Below, one piece after another: positions 1-11,150 of a stretch of 64,000 nt of DNA. The notes under the pieces are model-generated. The model made no database searches. It had not been told where the DNA came from and worked only from the letters and a program-made list of their open reading frames with translations. The stretch comes from Pelagomonas calceolata (taxonomy: Eukaryota), in assembly GCA_918797485.1 (NCBI GenBank), contig CAKKNE010000004.1, forward strand, positions 1,116,001-1,180,000, given 5' to 3'. The position numbers and the translations under genes are program-made. Position 1 is the first letter of the stretch. Each line of letters opens with the position of its first letter.

Positions 1-26
1 TGCCGCGCGCCGCGCCGGCCCGCGCC

Positions 27-290
27 ATGGGCGGCGGCGGTGCCCACCCGCCCTCTCCAAATCATGTGTGGACCCCGGCCGGCGGCTGGTTCGCCGACCC
101 TCCTCAGTGGAAGCGCAACACGGTCTACGCCTTCCTGGCGCTCGGGGCCGGTTTCTTGTACGTCGGAAGTCATTCGGTGCAGCTCGAGGAGCGGCCCGTG
201 GCGCCGAAGCACGCGATTCCGTCGGCGATGTGGAGCCGCGGTGTCAAGCCCGTCGACGACAAGTACAAGAGCGACGAGTACGTCGAGTAA
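27..290 (+). CDS. Mitochondrial complex I small membrane subunit (NUUM/NDUFC1-like)
   Basis: 87 aa; MGGG...VWTPAGGWF.DP.QWKRNT motif, one TM helix, then LEERP...IPS..W tail, as in fungal NUUM and plant homologues. Confidence 0.7.
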   Translation: MGGGGAHPPSPNHVWTPAGGWFADPPQWKRNTVYAFLALGAGFLYVGSHSVQLEERPVAPKHAIPSAMWSRGVKPVDDKYKSDEYVE

Positions 291-514
291 GGGCGTTTGT
301 ACGTAGTGATAGGTCCCTTCCCTTCGCGTCGTCTGGCGCTCGTTTGTCGATGCGCGACGCACGACTTAAACGAGGCCGTCCGACTCGCACGCCGAACGCC
401 GAGTCGCAGTGATTGATCGCACGAAGGAGGTGTCGCATCGCTGCGGCACGCCGTGTAGCCCGAGCAGCTGTGCATTCGCGTAGTCATCACTCCAAAATAA
501 GACAGGGCTGCACG

Positions 515-1141
515 ATGCGCGTCGTCTGCGCGCTCCTCGCCAGCTCGCACGCCATCCTATTACGACGGCGGCCGGCAGCCGTCCCCGCACGCGCAGCAGC
601 GGCACCCGACGCCGCGCCGGAGCCGTTGGTGCATCAGCGCTCGAACTGCTTCGACGCGCGCTTCGAAAGGACGGACTCTCTACCGAGGATGCACATCGAG
701 CTCCTCCCCTCGAAGATCGACGAGGCCGACGGCCGCGCCATGGCCGAGTTTATGAGCAATGTCCTCGACCGGAACGAAGATTTCACGGCGTTCTTCGACC
801 TGCGGCAGATGAAGGTCGGCCTGCGGTCCAAAGCTTGTTTTTCCTATGGCGTGGACTTCATGGCCCAGGAACGGCATGCATCTAGATTAGATGCACGCGT
901 GAAGGGCGTTTGTTTGTTGGTCAAGTCGCCCGTTTTGAGAACTACCGCAAGGTGGTTGGTCGCTCTTTGTGATCCTCCCGCACCCGTGCATTTAGTCAGG
1001 GACGAGAGTGCTGCGGCGGAGATCGCGCGCTTGTTCGCTGCCGGTGAAGGGTCCATCGATGACTGTTCATTGATCGACGCCGACGAATGTTTGTTAGACG
1101 ACGTCGACGTCGAGGCCGTCGCGCGCGACAGTCCCATTTAA
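515..1141 (+). CDS. Hypothetical protein, possibly plastid- or secretory-targeted
   Basis: ORF 413..1141 with first ATG at 515; hydrophobic N-terminus (MRVVCALLASSHA) followed by an Arg/Ala-rich stretch. Confidence 0.55.
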   Translation: MRVVCALLASSHAILLRRRPAAVPARAAAAPDAAPEPLVHQRSNCFDARFERTDSLPRMHIELLPSKIDEADGRAMAEFMSNVLDRNEDFTAFFDLRQMKVGLRSKACFSYGVDFMAQERHASRLDARVKGVCLLVKSPVLRTTARWLVALCDPPAPVHLVRDESAAAEIARLFAAGEGSIDDCSLIDADECLLDDVDVEAVARDSPI

Positions 1142-1155
1142 CGTACAATGTTGTC

Positions 1156-2463
1156 TTATGATCCTTTGAATTCGAGCGACGCCCCGTCCGGCACGCCCAG
1201 AGCATCGAGCAGCCGCTTCTGCAGCACCTTCTTCAGGCCCTTCGTCTCGAGGCCTCGCTGGGCTAGCGCCGCCCGCAAATCCTTGACCGGCATCTTCATG
1301 ATGTCGATCGGCTGCGTCGGCTCCGGGTTCCGTTCGCTCTCGGGCACTATATCCGGTTTCGGCGCTCTCGTCCCATCTTTGAGCGTGATGGAGCCGCGCA
1401 CGGGCGTCGCGGTCTCGACGGCCATTTTCCTAGGGTTCGCGGAGAAGCGCGGCTTCGCTCTCCGTCCTCGTCGCAGCGACACGCCGAAGCTGCCGCCGGC
1501 CACCGAGGGCGTCGCGGGCGTCGCGGGCGCGGGCGGCGGCGTGTCGCAGGCCTTCCCGTACCTTCGCGCGCCTTTACTATCGACGGAAACGGGATCGGCC
1601 CGCTCCGCGACATCGTTGCCCTCGTCGTCCAGATGTCTACAAAGAGGCTTCAGGGGCGTCAGAGGACTCACAGAGGAACTTTTCCTCACGGAAACGCGGC
1701 CGCACAGCCGCAGCGCCGCGTCCAGCACGGGCAAAGGACATCTATCTAGTCTCCCAGGTTGCACGTAGCACGGAGCATGGCCCCACCGGAAATGATCGAT
1801 ATTATCCGAACCGATCCACTGGAGACAACAAGCCACGAAGTCCGCCGGTTCCACGTCCTCCAAACCCAAGCGACTGAGCAATTCGTCCCACTCATTCTCC
1901 TCAAGTTCCTGCGCCCAGCCGTACTCGCCCATGCCTCGGTCAAAAAGGACTTGCGGCGCCCGGCGCGACAAATTACGGATACTGCCAAAACCTTCTTCCC
2001 CTACTAACTCGCCGCAGATGAGGTAGATGCAGCCTCTGTCCACAGTCGTGAGGAAACTCACGCCGGCGTCGAACGCAAACTTGTGGCCGCGGCACTCCCA
2101 GTCCACGAAGAAGTTGTGCGCCTCCCGCGTCTCGCCGAACTTCGCGTCGGGCTTGTGGGAGGAGCCGCCGAAGCGTTTCACATCAGTAACTTCGTCGAAG
2201 AATTTTTTCAGTGCTTTCGGTGTGTTCGGCGGCGCCGCCCAGCTCTTTGGTGTGGCACGCTCTTGTAGAGCGCAAGACGACACGAACTCGCCGGGGCCCC
2301 AGGGGTCTCTCGGTAAGAGCTTGCCCTGCTTGAGGCGGAGGCGGCGGCGCTCCTCGTCCCTATCGTCGTGCGTCGCCTCGAGGTCGTGGTAGTAGGCCGT
2401 GGGCTCCTTCTCTTCCTCTTCTTTCGTTGAAAGGAAGACGGTGGAGCGGCGGTTCTTGCCCAT
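1156..2463 (-). CDS. SAP-domain protein
   Basis: C-terminal IMKMPVKDLRAALAQRGLETKGLKKVLQKRL is a SAP motif; probable start MGKNRR at 2463. Confidence 0.65.
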   Translation of the reverse strand: MGKNRRSTVFLSTKEEEEKEPTAYYHDLEATHDDRDEERRRLRLKQGKLLPRDPWGPGEFVSSCALQERATPKSWAAPPNTPKALKKFFDEVTDVKRFGGSSHKPDAKFGETREAHNFFVDWECRGHKFAFDAGVSFLTTVDRGCIYLICGELVGEEGFGSIRNLSRRAPQVLFDRGMGEYGWAQELEENEWDELLSRLGLEDVEPADFVACCLQWIGSDNIDHFRWGHAPCYVQPGRLDRCPLPVLDAALRLCGRVSVRKSSSVSPLTPLKPLCRHLDDEGNDVAERADPVSVDSKGARRYGKACDTPPPAPATPATPSVAGGSFGVSLRRGRRAKPRFSANPRKMAVETATPVRGSITLKDGTRAPKPDIVPESERNPEPTQPIDIMKMPVKDLRAALAQRGLETKGLKKVLQKRLLDALGVPDGASLEFKGS

Positions 2464-2927
2464 CCCTCCTTGCGCTGGCTCCCGCGGAGCTGCTGCTGCC
2501 TGCTCTGCCTTGTCGTGCTGCTGGGCTGCTGGGCGATGGCGTGCGCAGCGGCAGGACTGCAATTGCGGGCTTGTTTCTGCGAAATGACGTTGCTGCACGA
2601 CTTTGGACGCGCAGCGGGCCCCAAAATCGATGCGCGCGCGCGCGAGGCGGGCAAAACCCGATTTAACACGAGCCTGAGCCTGACGATCGTTCACTGGAGA
2701 GCAATGTTTGTAACGGAGCTTCGAAAGATCCATAGTGCACAGGCGACATTTGTTGCATTTTTGTGAGATCCCCGTCTGAGAGTCTCACGTGCTGCAGGCG
2801 CTGAAACAGCGCCGCAGTAAGCAGAGCAGACACACCGATGCGAAGCGAAGGGCCGCCGTGCGCGCGCGCGTAGTGGAACGTCGGGCTGCCTCGCATCGCT
2901 TGCGCGGTTGGGCAGCAGTCCTGGACA

Positions 2928-5900
2928 ATGCAGGGCTCATTGGAGGAGGACCTGGCGGCGCTGCGGAAGCTGCGCGACGACGACTCGAGCGGTGCGCTCA
3001 AAGAGTACTTTGGGGACAGCGAGGACCCGCGCGAGTGGAGCGGTGTCACGGTGAAGGACGGCCGCGTGACGAAGCTCATCTTCTACGAGTGCACAAACCT
3101 CGCCGCGCTGCCGGCCGCGATCGGCGAGCTCGGCGCGCTGACGTATTTGAGCTTGTACAAATGCACAAGCCTCGCCGCGCTGCCGGACGCGATCGGCAAG
3201 CTCGGCGCGCTGACGGAGCTCAACTTGGGCGGGTGCTCAAGCCTCACGTACCCTCCGGAGGAGATGCGCGGCAACGTGCACAAAACCGTCGGCTTCTGTT
3301 GTCTCAACCTATTGGAAGGTGGCGACGTGTCTGCTGCAGACGTACAGAAGAGTATCTTAAATCACGTGATCGCCGATCCTGCCCACGACGAGCGCGTCGA
3401 CGCGCTCGTACGCAAGGACCCGGTGTTGGCCGACATCGTCAAGGTCAAGGAACAGCTAGAAAATGACCTCGCCGCTCTGCGGAAGCTGCGCGACGACGAC
3501 GCGAGCGGTGCGCTCAAGGAGTTCTTTGGGGACGGCGAGGACCCGCGCAAGTGGAAAGACGAAGATGGAGATGAAGTCGTCACGGTGGCGGACGGTCGGG
3601 TGACGAAGCTCAACGTGTACAAATGCTCGAAACTCGCCGAGCTGCCGGCCGCGATCGGCGAGCTCAAAGCGCTGAGAGGGCTCAACTTGTCCTACTGCTC
3701 GAGCCTCGCCGCGCTGCCGGCCACGATCGGCGAGCTCAAAGCGCTGACGACGCTCAACTTGCGCGAGTGCTCGAGCCTCGCCGCGCTGCCGGCCACGATT
3801 GGCGAGCTCGGCGCGCTGGAGGCGCTTATTTTGGAAGGGTGCTCGAGCATCGCCGCGCTGCCGGCCGCGATCGGTGGGCTCGGCGCGCTGACGGGGCTCG
3901 ATTTGTACGGCTGCTCGAGCCTCGCCACGCTACCGGAGTCGATCGGCGGCCTCGATGCGCTGGCCAGCCTCGACTTGGCAAATTGCCCCAATTTGGTGTT
4001 CCCCCCTGGACACACGCACGGCGACACCAAGCGAGTCAAGCGCCTCCTCGCGAACACGACCCGCTTCCTCGCCGGCAAGCTCAAGGCGGCCGACGCGGAC
4101 GACGACGCGAAGGCGGACTTTACGGAGGGCGCAATCCACCACGCGCCCTTCGCTGACCGCCTCGAAGAAGCAGTAAGAAAGGACCCGGCGCTCGCCGACC
4201 TCACGAACGAGAAAGGCGAACGCGCCATCGACCTCGCCTGTTTAGAATGCCGGCGCGCCATGCAAAAAGCCCTCTTCTTCCTTGGGCGCTACGACGTCGA
4301 CAAAGGCCCGCCGGAGCACCGGTCCGCGACGTCACTCGTCGTGCGCGCCGTCGACCACGAGGCGGCCGACGATTACGGGAAACTATTTGTCGAGTTCGAC
4401 AAGGATAGTAACGGAACATTGGACGCGAGCGAACTCGAAGCTCTCGCGGCGAAGTTGGGCACAAATGTCGAGATCTTCGAAATAGAAGACGATGGTGTCG
4501 CAAAGGACGCCTTCGTCGCAAAATGCCAGCGGCTCTTCGGCAAGGAGCGCAAGGTGGTCATCAAGGTCTTCCAGGTCGAAGAGCAGTGGCGCAACGAGAA
4601 GCGGGGCCGCGACGATCAACAGCTCGACGCGCGCTACGTCGTGCAGACGATCCCGGCGCCCACGGACGACGAATTTGCTGATGGGCTGAAAAGCAGCACA
4701 CGCTTCGGCGAAGGCGTCGGTTCTCGCGCCATCGTCATGGACGCCGCCGATCGCAATCTCTTCCAGATCTACCAGTCGGAGCGGCCGGATCTGAACGCGG
4801 TCCGGACTCTGATGCAGCAGGTCATGGAGTGCGTCCAGCATCTACACGGGAAGGGGCTCGTCCATGGCGACATCAAGATGCTCAACGTCGTGCGACTGTC
4901 TCTCGACAATCGCCTACGTTTGATTGATTTGGACGCTGCTGCAAAATTTAGCCGTCATGGCGGAGACTACGTATGCTCGAAGTTCTCTTCAGCGATTTTG
5001 CCGCCGGAGTGCTTCGCCAAGCTCGATGCCGGTCAAGTGACGAAATTCGAAGCTTACTTTGAAGGCGTCGGCGCGGAGCTCCGGGAGAAGGTCGCGCCGA
5101 AGGTCGACAAGCGCGGCGCGTCGTACGTCGTCAAGACGTTCTCTTTAACCGAGGATGGTGCTCCGAAACGAATTGATAGTCTGCCGTACGAGCCCGTGGA
5201 AGCGTCAGTAGCTGTCGACTACTGGTCGCTCGGCGCGCTCCTGTTCCAGCTGGTGGCCGGCGAACCGCTCGTGCCCTCGAATCGCGACGACGACTGTGTT
5301 AACGCCAAAAGTATGGCCATCTTGGCCTCTTGGAACGACGACGCTGCAAAAAGGAATTTAGCTGTAATCAAGGACGCCGCGGCCTGGGATCTCGCATCGA
5401 AGTTGCTCGTCCGCGACCCTGAACAGCGAGCAAAATTTAGCATCGCCGACGCGCTCGCACGGCACCCGTTTTTTCATCCCGAGAGCGGCGACGCGGAGAT
5501 TAAAAAGCAACTGGACGCGATGCAGACGACGCTGGACTCCGTCAAGGCCGACACGTCCTCTATTCTGAGGTTGAGCGAGGAGCACCGCGACGAGCTACGG
5601 AAGACGCGCAGCACGATCATACGGGCTATATATGAAGCCACGGAGGTCTCGACGCCGACGGCGTTCGTCGTTCTGAAGGAGAAACTCCCGACGGGGGAGG
5701 CCAGGGTCGAGTTGACGTTGAACGATGACGGCACTGGGTTTTCGGTGGAGGGCGAGGCCGTCGACGACGCAAAGGACCGCTACGAAGAGAGCAAGACCTG
5801 GCTGAATCTTTGTGCGCAATTCGGGCGCGGCGTCGCGAAGTGCAGCCCATCGGCCATCGCCGACGCCGTCACTGGCGCCTGCGCGGAGCTCGTCGTCGGC

Positions 5901-6881
5901 GAGGAGATGTGGTTATACCTCGTCGACGAGCTGACGGGGAAACCAGTGGTCCCAGAGGTCGATCCGGATGATGATGAGGAGCCACTATATCCCATTCGCA
6001 TCACCAAGCCGGCCGAGGTCGTTGCGAAGCTCTTACCGGTCATGCAGGTCGGCCTGCACGCGGCGTCGCTCGTCAACGGCGTTTCGGGGGTTGTGCGGCT
6101 CTTCGGCTACCCGTGCCCCAAAGTTCCCGAGGCGTGGCGCGAGGGCGCGCAAAATTCGGTCGACGTGTTGAAGCAGGAGAGCTCGGTCGAGGCCTTCGGC
6201 GCGGTCCACGAGAAGGTGCAGGACGGCGGCGAAGAGACGGAGACGGTTCGAGGCGCGGGCCTGCGGGAGCTGGCGGCCTTCTTCGCAGAAAAAGATCGGG
6301 ACGGGGAGTACGCGGGACTGCGACGAATAGGCGACGACGATGGCACAGCTGTGTGGACCGCGTTGACGGACCCGGAAGAAGTAAAGGCGGCGCTCGAGGC
6401 GCGGGCCAAGGAACGGCGCGCGGAGACAAAGCGAGGGGAGGCCGACTACGCGGCGTATTTGAGGGAGAAGGCCGCGGGCGGCGGCGCCAGCGAAGACGCG
6501 GGCAGCGACGCCGGCGACGCCGACGCCGACGCCGTGGACGACGCCAGCCCCGACGCGAGCGGCGACGCCACCGCGGCCATGACCGCGACCACTCCGGCAG
6601 CCGGTGGCGGCCCCGCGGCCGCGCGCGCCCTCTCGACCCTGAGCATCGGGGAGCCCGCGGCGTTGGCTCTCCGCGACCCGCCCGGCGCGGCGGACGGGCA
6701 GCGGACCTGGTGGGCCGCGGACGTCGAGGAGCGCCTCGCGCGCCTCGAGCGGCGCAGCGTCGAAACGCGCCTCGACCGGCTCGAGGCGTCGGTGCGCGCC
6801 GACCCCAGTGCCCGGGCCGGCGTCGAGGAGCGGCTCGCCGGCCTCGAGGAGCGGCTGGCAGGAATCAATTGGGCGTATTAA
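2928..6881 (+). CDS. LRR + EF-hand + Ser/Thr-type protein kinase
   Basis: 24-aa LRRs (L..CSSLAALPA.IGELxAL), EF-hand DKDSNGTLDASE, kinase motifs VIK, HGDIKMLN, LIDLD, DYWSLG; may extend to 7114 through a small intron. Confidence 0.85.
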   Translation: MQGSLEEDLAALRKLRDDDSSGALKEYFGDSEDPREWSGVTVKDGRVTKLIFYECTNLAALPAAIGELGALTYLSLYKCTSLAALPDAIGKLGALTELNLGGCSSLTYPPEEMRGNVHKTVGFCCLNLLEGGDVSAADVQKSILNHVIADPAHDERVDALVRKDPVLADIVKVKEQLENDLAALRKLRDDDASGALKEFFGDGEDPRKWKDEDGDEVVTVADGRVTKLNVYKCSKLAELPAAIGELKALRGLNLSYCSSLAALPATIGELKALTTLNLRECSSLAALPATIGELGALEALILEGCSSIAALPAAIGGLGALTGLDLYGCSSLATLPESIGGLDALASLDLANCPNLVFPPGHTHGDTKRVKRLLANTTRFLAGKLKAADADDDAKADFTEGAIHHAPFADRLEEAVRKDPALADLTNEKGERAIDLACLECRRAMQKALFFLGRYDVDKGPPEHRSATSLVVRAVDHEAADDYGKLFVEFDKDSNGTLDASELEALAAKLGTNVEIFEIEDDGVAKDAFVAKCQRLFGKERKVVIKVFQVEEQWRNEKRGRDDQQLDARYVVQTIPAPTDDEFADGLKSSTRFGEGVGSRAIVMDAADRNLFQIYQSERPDLNAVRTLMQQVMECVQHLHGKGLVHGDIKMLNVVRLSLDNRLRLIDLDAAAKFSRHGGDYVCSKFSSAILPPECFAKLDAGQVTKFEAYFEGVGAELREKVAPKVDKRGASYVVKTFSLTEDGAPKRIDSLPYEPVEASVAVDYWSLGALLFQLVAGEPLVPSNRDDDCVNAKSMAILASWNDDAAKRNLAVIKDAAAWDLASKLLVRDPEQRAKFSIADALARHPFFHPESGDAEIKKQLDAMQTTLDSVKADTSSILRLSEEHRDELRKTRSTIIRAIYEATEVSTPTAFVVLKEKLPTGEARVELTLNDDGTGFSVEGEAVDDAKDRYEESKTWLNLCAQFGRGVAKCSPSAIADAVTGACAELVVGEEMWLYLVDELTGKPVVPEVDPDDDEEPLYPIRITKPAEVVAKLLPVMQVGLHAASLVNGVSGVVRLFGYPCPKVPEAWREGAQNSVDVLKQESSVEAFGAVHEKVQDGGEETETVRGAGLRELAAFFAEKDRDGEYAGLRRIGDDDGTAVWTALTDPEEVKAALEARAKERRAETKRGEADYAAYLREKAAGGGASEDAGSDAGDADADAVDDASPDASGDATAAMTATTPAAGGGPAAARALSTLSIGEPAALALRDPPGAADGQRTWWAADVEERLARLERRSVETRLDRLEASVRADPSARAGVEERLAGLEERLAGINWAY

Positions 6882-7115
6882 GTTGTTTTCCCAGACTCGA
6901 CAGCGCAACGCATCGCCCCCCGTACGCCGTCGCCGCCACCACGGCAACGACGACCGCCGCGGCGGGCAGCGGGCCTTCCGCCGCGCGCGCGCTCACGGCC
7001 GCGCCGCGCGAGGCCGGGGACCCGGAGGCGCTGCGCCGCGTCGAGGACCGGCTCGACGGCATCGAGGAGCAGCTGGGCACCATGAATGGGGTCCTCTTAA
7101 GACTATCACAATGAC

Positions 7116-10100
7116 TTAGACTAGGAACACGGCTCCCGCCGGCCGCTCGCGCCCGCACGCCACCAGGTCTAGAAAACTTTCGCCGGACGGCCCCGGGTCC
7201 GCCGTCGATGAGAACGTGAGCGTCCCCTGCGTCGGCAGCTTCGTCTCGCTCATGTCCGCCGGGTCCATCTCCGCCCACTCTTTTTCGTCAGGAGGTGCCC
7301 AGCCGCCCAACACCAGGGGGTCCTCGGCGGCACGGAACTGACCGTTCGCGAAGGCCGGCGCCGAGCTGCCGCCAGCCAATGCTAGGATGGTTTTCGCCAC
7401 TAGCCGGTCGTCCTTCCGCGACAGGCGCAAGACGCCACTCTTCAAAGAAATGCGGGGATCCCACACTGTCAAAATGCCCAGCCGGTGGCGCAGGCGCAAC
7501 GCATCTGATAAAGGAAGGTCGTTGCATCGCGCGCAGAAATTTGATACATCCACGACTCTAGAGAACAGGATGACCAGTAACTTGATCCTGATTTCCGCCC
7601 AGGCATCTCCCGAAGGCATATGCTCGTACAGGTCGAAGGCTTGCGCTGACGTAAAGTACGTCGTGCACGCAATTACCTCCAGATGCGCCAGCCTCACGAG
7701 CAACCAGGCCAACCCATAATCCCCTGGTAAAGGATCTGTTCCCTCCAGGAAGCAGCCCGTGCCTGGCCGACCGACGTAGAGTCTGCAAGGGTGTTTGACA
7801 CGAGTGTCACACACAGTAGCCCTCCTCTCATTGCCATCGGTCAACTGGATGGACGCGCCGTCGAACTCTTCTTCTTCCTCATCTATTGAACCTCCCGTCG
7901 CGTCCAGTCGGACCGTGTCTAGGCCGTGCGGCGAGGAGGCGATGAGTTCGGACGCATGGGCCCTCGAAGCCACTAAACCTTGCAGGACGACCGCCTCCGG
8001 AGCACCCAGCGCGCGACTCACCTTCTCCGCCAATACTCCAAGGTGCTCCGGCGCGTCCGGGACGTCGTCCACCTCCAGCAGGTCCTCTCCAGATAAAACG
8101 GCGAGGCCAATCGATTCTGTTGTATCGTCCGGCATGGACGCGTCCTCACCCTTCGCAATAGCGGCAGCATAAGCTAGGGAGGCCTGCTTCCGCCTCACGG
8201 ACGCCACCTCTCTCTTATGTTCGGCGTCCGATTCCGGTTTCGCATTTGAGGAATGGCGCCACTCGACACAACGCAGTCGCGCCTTGACGGCGGCGAAGGC
8301 CTCGTTGGATAACGGTTTCGCGTCCTTCGCGACCGGCGCGGCGCAACTGACGTCGAAGGCGACGACGCGGCCCTTGGGCGCGTCCTCGTCTTCGGCCTCC
8401 TCTTCCCCCTCCGCGGCCGGTGCCTTGAGCGCCGTTTCTAGGGTAATATCGCCATTGACGGAGACCCAGAGGGGCGAGCCGGGCTGCCACGTCAGGGGCA
8501 CGGTCACGGAAACCGTCTCGCCGTTCGCTTGCACGTCCACGACGTCCCCGGGCTGTGCGTCGACGGCGACCGGGACGCGTACGCAACCGTTGCGCCAGGG
8601 GTTCCGGTCTTGATGCTTTGACGTGTCCGGGCCGTCGAGCTTACACTTACTGGCCAGTAAGGTCAAAGCTTCGACGTCTTTCGTAGTGTCAAAGGCATAG
8701 TGCCCATCGACCAACCCGACATACACGTTCCAGAGCGGTCCTAATTCACATCGTAGTGCAAGATGCTGCCGCTCCGTCAAGTTCTGCGACAGAAATGACG
8801 CGCAGCCCGTACTGATGGACGGTGCGAGTGCCTTACATAATAAATAAGTAGTAGGGGCGTCGAGGTGGCCGCTCGACGGCGCACAGGCGTCGAGGATGTC
8901 CTGCGCCTCCCGTCGCGAGAAGCCTTGTCCCGCCGTCTGGATCAGTTGTAATCTCTCATCATCTGTCAGGCAACATCTGACCATCGCCGCGAGTCCTCGG
9001 GAACCCCTGTCGGTCGGAGGTCGGAAGCTCGGTTCTATTTCAACATCGACATACAGCACCTCGTCCCTCGGTACTTTCCACACTTCTGAACCATCCAGCA
9101 ACGGAGACGGTTTTAGCAGAGGCGTCTGCTGGGCGAAGGTCTTTGCCGCGTAGGCCGCGAATTCCTCGAACGAACAACTACAACCACCGGAGGAGGCCTC
9201 CCTGATGAGTTTGGGCGCGTCGCACAGCTCCACTCCTAACAAGTCGAGGCAAATCATTGACGCTTCGCTCGCATCGACACTGTGAGATCCGTCGGCATCA
9301 GCGAGAGCACAGGCCGCGCGGAAGACGCCGTCCCAGACTAAAGCTGGTGAAGCGGGCTGCGGGACCTCCTTGCCGCTCTTCGTGGTCGTCGAGGGTTGGG
9401 ACGCGATATGCTCCAACACCCCCTCGAACAGAGCGCGCACGGCGCTATGAGGCGGGTCCAGGCCGTACGCGACCAATACATCTGTCAGGTCCGGCACTTG
9501 ACGCTTATCGATCGCCGCGAGCACGGCCTTCCACAGCTTTTGAGAGGATGGTGCGGCCTCGTCGCGCGTTAGCCGGACTAGGGAACCGCTCACCTTCACG
9601 GTCGCCAGTCGACAGGCGTCCGACGCGTTCGCCAGCCTTAGCAATGAGCGCATGACGCAGAACTCGTAGGGGTCGTCCGTTTCCAAATCCCACTCGCCGC
9701 CCGGGTCGCTCTCGTCAAACACGTCATATATGCGGCCGCAGTCGCATCCAATCAACGACAGTGATGTCGCCCCTCGTAGCGAGCGCACGGCTCGCAGCAG
9801 AGCCGCGGCGCCGACTTTCCCAGGAACGTTCCCCGCGAAATCGACCACTGTTAATGGTGTATTTCTTTCAGTCAGAGCTTGGCTCAGGACTATACTACCC
9901 TTCGCTCCCACAAAACAGTGGGCCATCCGAACTTCCGTCAGCGAGGTGTTCGCCTCCAACGCATCCGCGACGGCGACGCCGCCGTCCTCATCTAACCTGT
10001 TATGTGAGAGATCCAGTAAAGTTAATGTCGCATTCTTTTTAACTGCGGAAGCTAGAGCTTTCGCAGACGTGCCCCGGATCGAATTCCAGCTGAGGTCGAG

Positions 10101-11150
10101 CACCGTCAACGTAGAGGTAGCCGAAAGCATGGCGCCCAGAGCTTCGCCGCCCGTGACGTAGCCCTCGCGCATCTCGCTGACCTCTTCTTTCTGGCCGATG
10201 AGGTTGTCCGCCAGGTCCAGCACTTGCAATTTCGACGCCGTGTTGAGCTCCAGGGCTTCGCAGAGCGCGCGGCACTCGTCGTCGTCGACATCAGAACGTC
10301 GCAGATGGACCTCCGTCAGCAGACAAGACCGTTGCGCGAGTAATTGCTGCAGGGCCTTGGCACCCTTCGCATCCAAGTCGTTCTCCGAGAGGTCGATGGA
10401 CCTCAGATCTTGTAGAGTTAATAAGCCATCTAAGAGTGGTGCTAGCGTCTTATCTGATAATCGATTCCCAGCGAGAGACAACCTCTCTAGACCGGGCAAG
10501 CGCGGCAAAGATGAAGCGACGGCCTCACCTAAAGGATCGCCGAGCGCCATGCCCGTCAGGTCCAATGAACGAGCATCAGCGTCGACGCGCGACAGGAAGG
10601 GATCAACTACGAGACCTTTGTCCGACGCGAATTTCACGAAGTTCCGGAAGCAGGCGCCCTCGTACAAGTCCGGGTTATCATTATCCATCTGCAGACACGT
10701 CTCCTCGGACAGGGCCGGGCGCGCATGAGCCGCCTTTTGTATTCTGAAGAACTCCCTCCTTCCTTTCGAGCCGGAGTGGTACGCTAGCACATCATACGGT
10801 CCATAGGCGGGTACAGAAGGGTCCCGTTCCTCCCTTTCCTCGACCTTCGCAATTTTCGGGGCCGGCGTGCGCCGTCGGATTTCCTGGGCCCTCCATCTTG
10901 ATTCTTCATCTCGTGTTTTAGCACCGAGCACATCCACTTTATGTCTCGTTTCTTTCGGGCAGGTCCACCTCGTGATGCGTTCTACTCGTTCGATCCACGC
11001 ATCCACGTGTTCCTTGAGCTTCGGCATGCCCGTCAAGTCGGGCGTCGGCGGCTTCGGCGGCGGTCTCTTTTTTTGTTGAAATGTTTCCGCTAGCACGGCG
11101 GCGTCGCGCCAGTAGGTCGAGGCTGTTGTTATAGTGTCGTCGTCGGCCAT
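7116..11150 (-). CDS. RNI-like (28-residue) LRR protein with EF-hand-like motif
   Basis: 1344-aa ORF; repeats LDLSWNSI, LDLSHNRL, LSLAGNRL; motif DADGSHSVDASE. Confidence 0.8.
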   Translation of the reverse strand: MADDDTITTASTYWRDAAVLAETFQQKKRPPPKPPTPDLTGMPKLKEHVDAWIERVERITRWTCPKETRHKVDVLGAKTRDEESRWRAQEIRRRTPAPKIAKVEEREERDPSVPAYGPYDVLAYHSGSKGRREFFRIQKAAHARPALSEETCLQMDNDNPDLYEGACFRNFVKFASDKGLVVDPFLSRVDADARSLDLTGMALGDPLGEAVASSLPRLPGLERLSLAGNRLSDKTLAPLLDGLLTLQDLRSIDLSENDLDAKGAKALQQLLAQRSCLLTEVHLRRSDVDDDECRALCEALELNTASKLQVLDLADNLIGQKEEVSEMREGYVTGGEALGAMLSATSTLTVLDLSWNSIRGTSAKALASAVKKNATLTLLDLSHNRLDEDGGVAVADALEANTSLTEVRMAHCFVGAKGSIVLSQALTERNTPLTVVDFAGNVPGKVGAAALLRAVRSLRGATSLSLIGCDCGRIYDVFDESDPGGEWDLETDDPYEFCVMRSLLRLANASDACRLATVKVSGSLVRLTRDEAAPSSQKLWKAVLAAIDKRQVPDLTDVLVAYGLDPPHSAVRALFEGVLEHIASQPSTTTKSGKEVPQPASPALVWDGVFRAACALADADGSHSVDASEASMICLDLLGVELCDAPKLIREASSGGCSCSFEEFAAYAAKTFAQQTPLLKPSPLLDGSEVWKVPRDEVLYVDVEIEPSFRPPTDRGSRGLAAMVRCCLTDDERLQLIQTAGQGFSRREAQDILDACAPSSGHLDAPTTYLLCKALAPSISTGCASFLSQNLTERQHLALRCELGPLWNVYVGLVDGHYAFDTTKDVEALTLLASKCKLDGPDTSKHQDRNPWRNGCVRVPVAVDAQPGDVVDVQANGETVSVTVPLTWQPGSPLWVSVNGDITLETALKAPAAEGEEEAEDEDAPKGRVVAFDVSCAAPVAKDAKPLSNEAFAAVKARLRCVEWRHSSNAKPESDAEHKREVASVRRKQASLAYAAAIAKGEDASMPDDTTESIGLAVLSGEDLLEVDDVPDAPEHLGVLAEKVSRALGAPEAVVLQGLVASRAHASELIASSPHGLDTVRLDATGGSIDEEEEEFDGASIQLTDGNERRATVCDTRVKHPCRLYVGRPGTGCFLEGTDPLPGDYGLAWLLVRLAHLEVIACTTYFTSAQAFDLYEHMPSGDAWAEIRIKLLVILFSRVVDVSNFCARCNDLPLSDALRLRHRLGILTVWDPRISLKSGVLRLSRKDDRLVAKTILALAGGSSAPAFANGQFRAAEDPLVLGGWAPPDEKEWAEMDPADMSETKLPTQGTLTFSSTADPGPSGESFLDLVACGRERPAGAVFLV

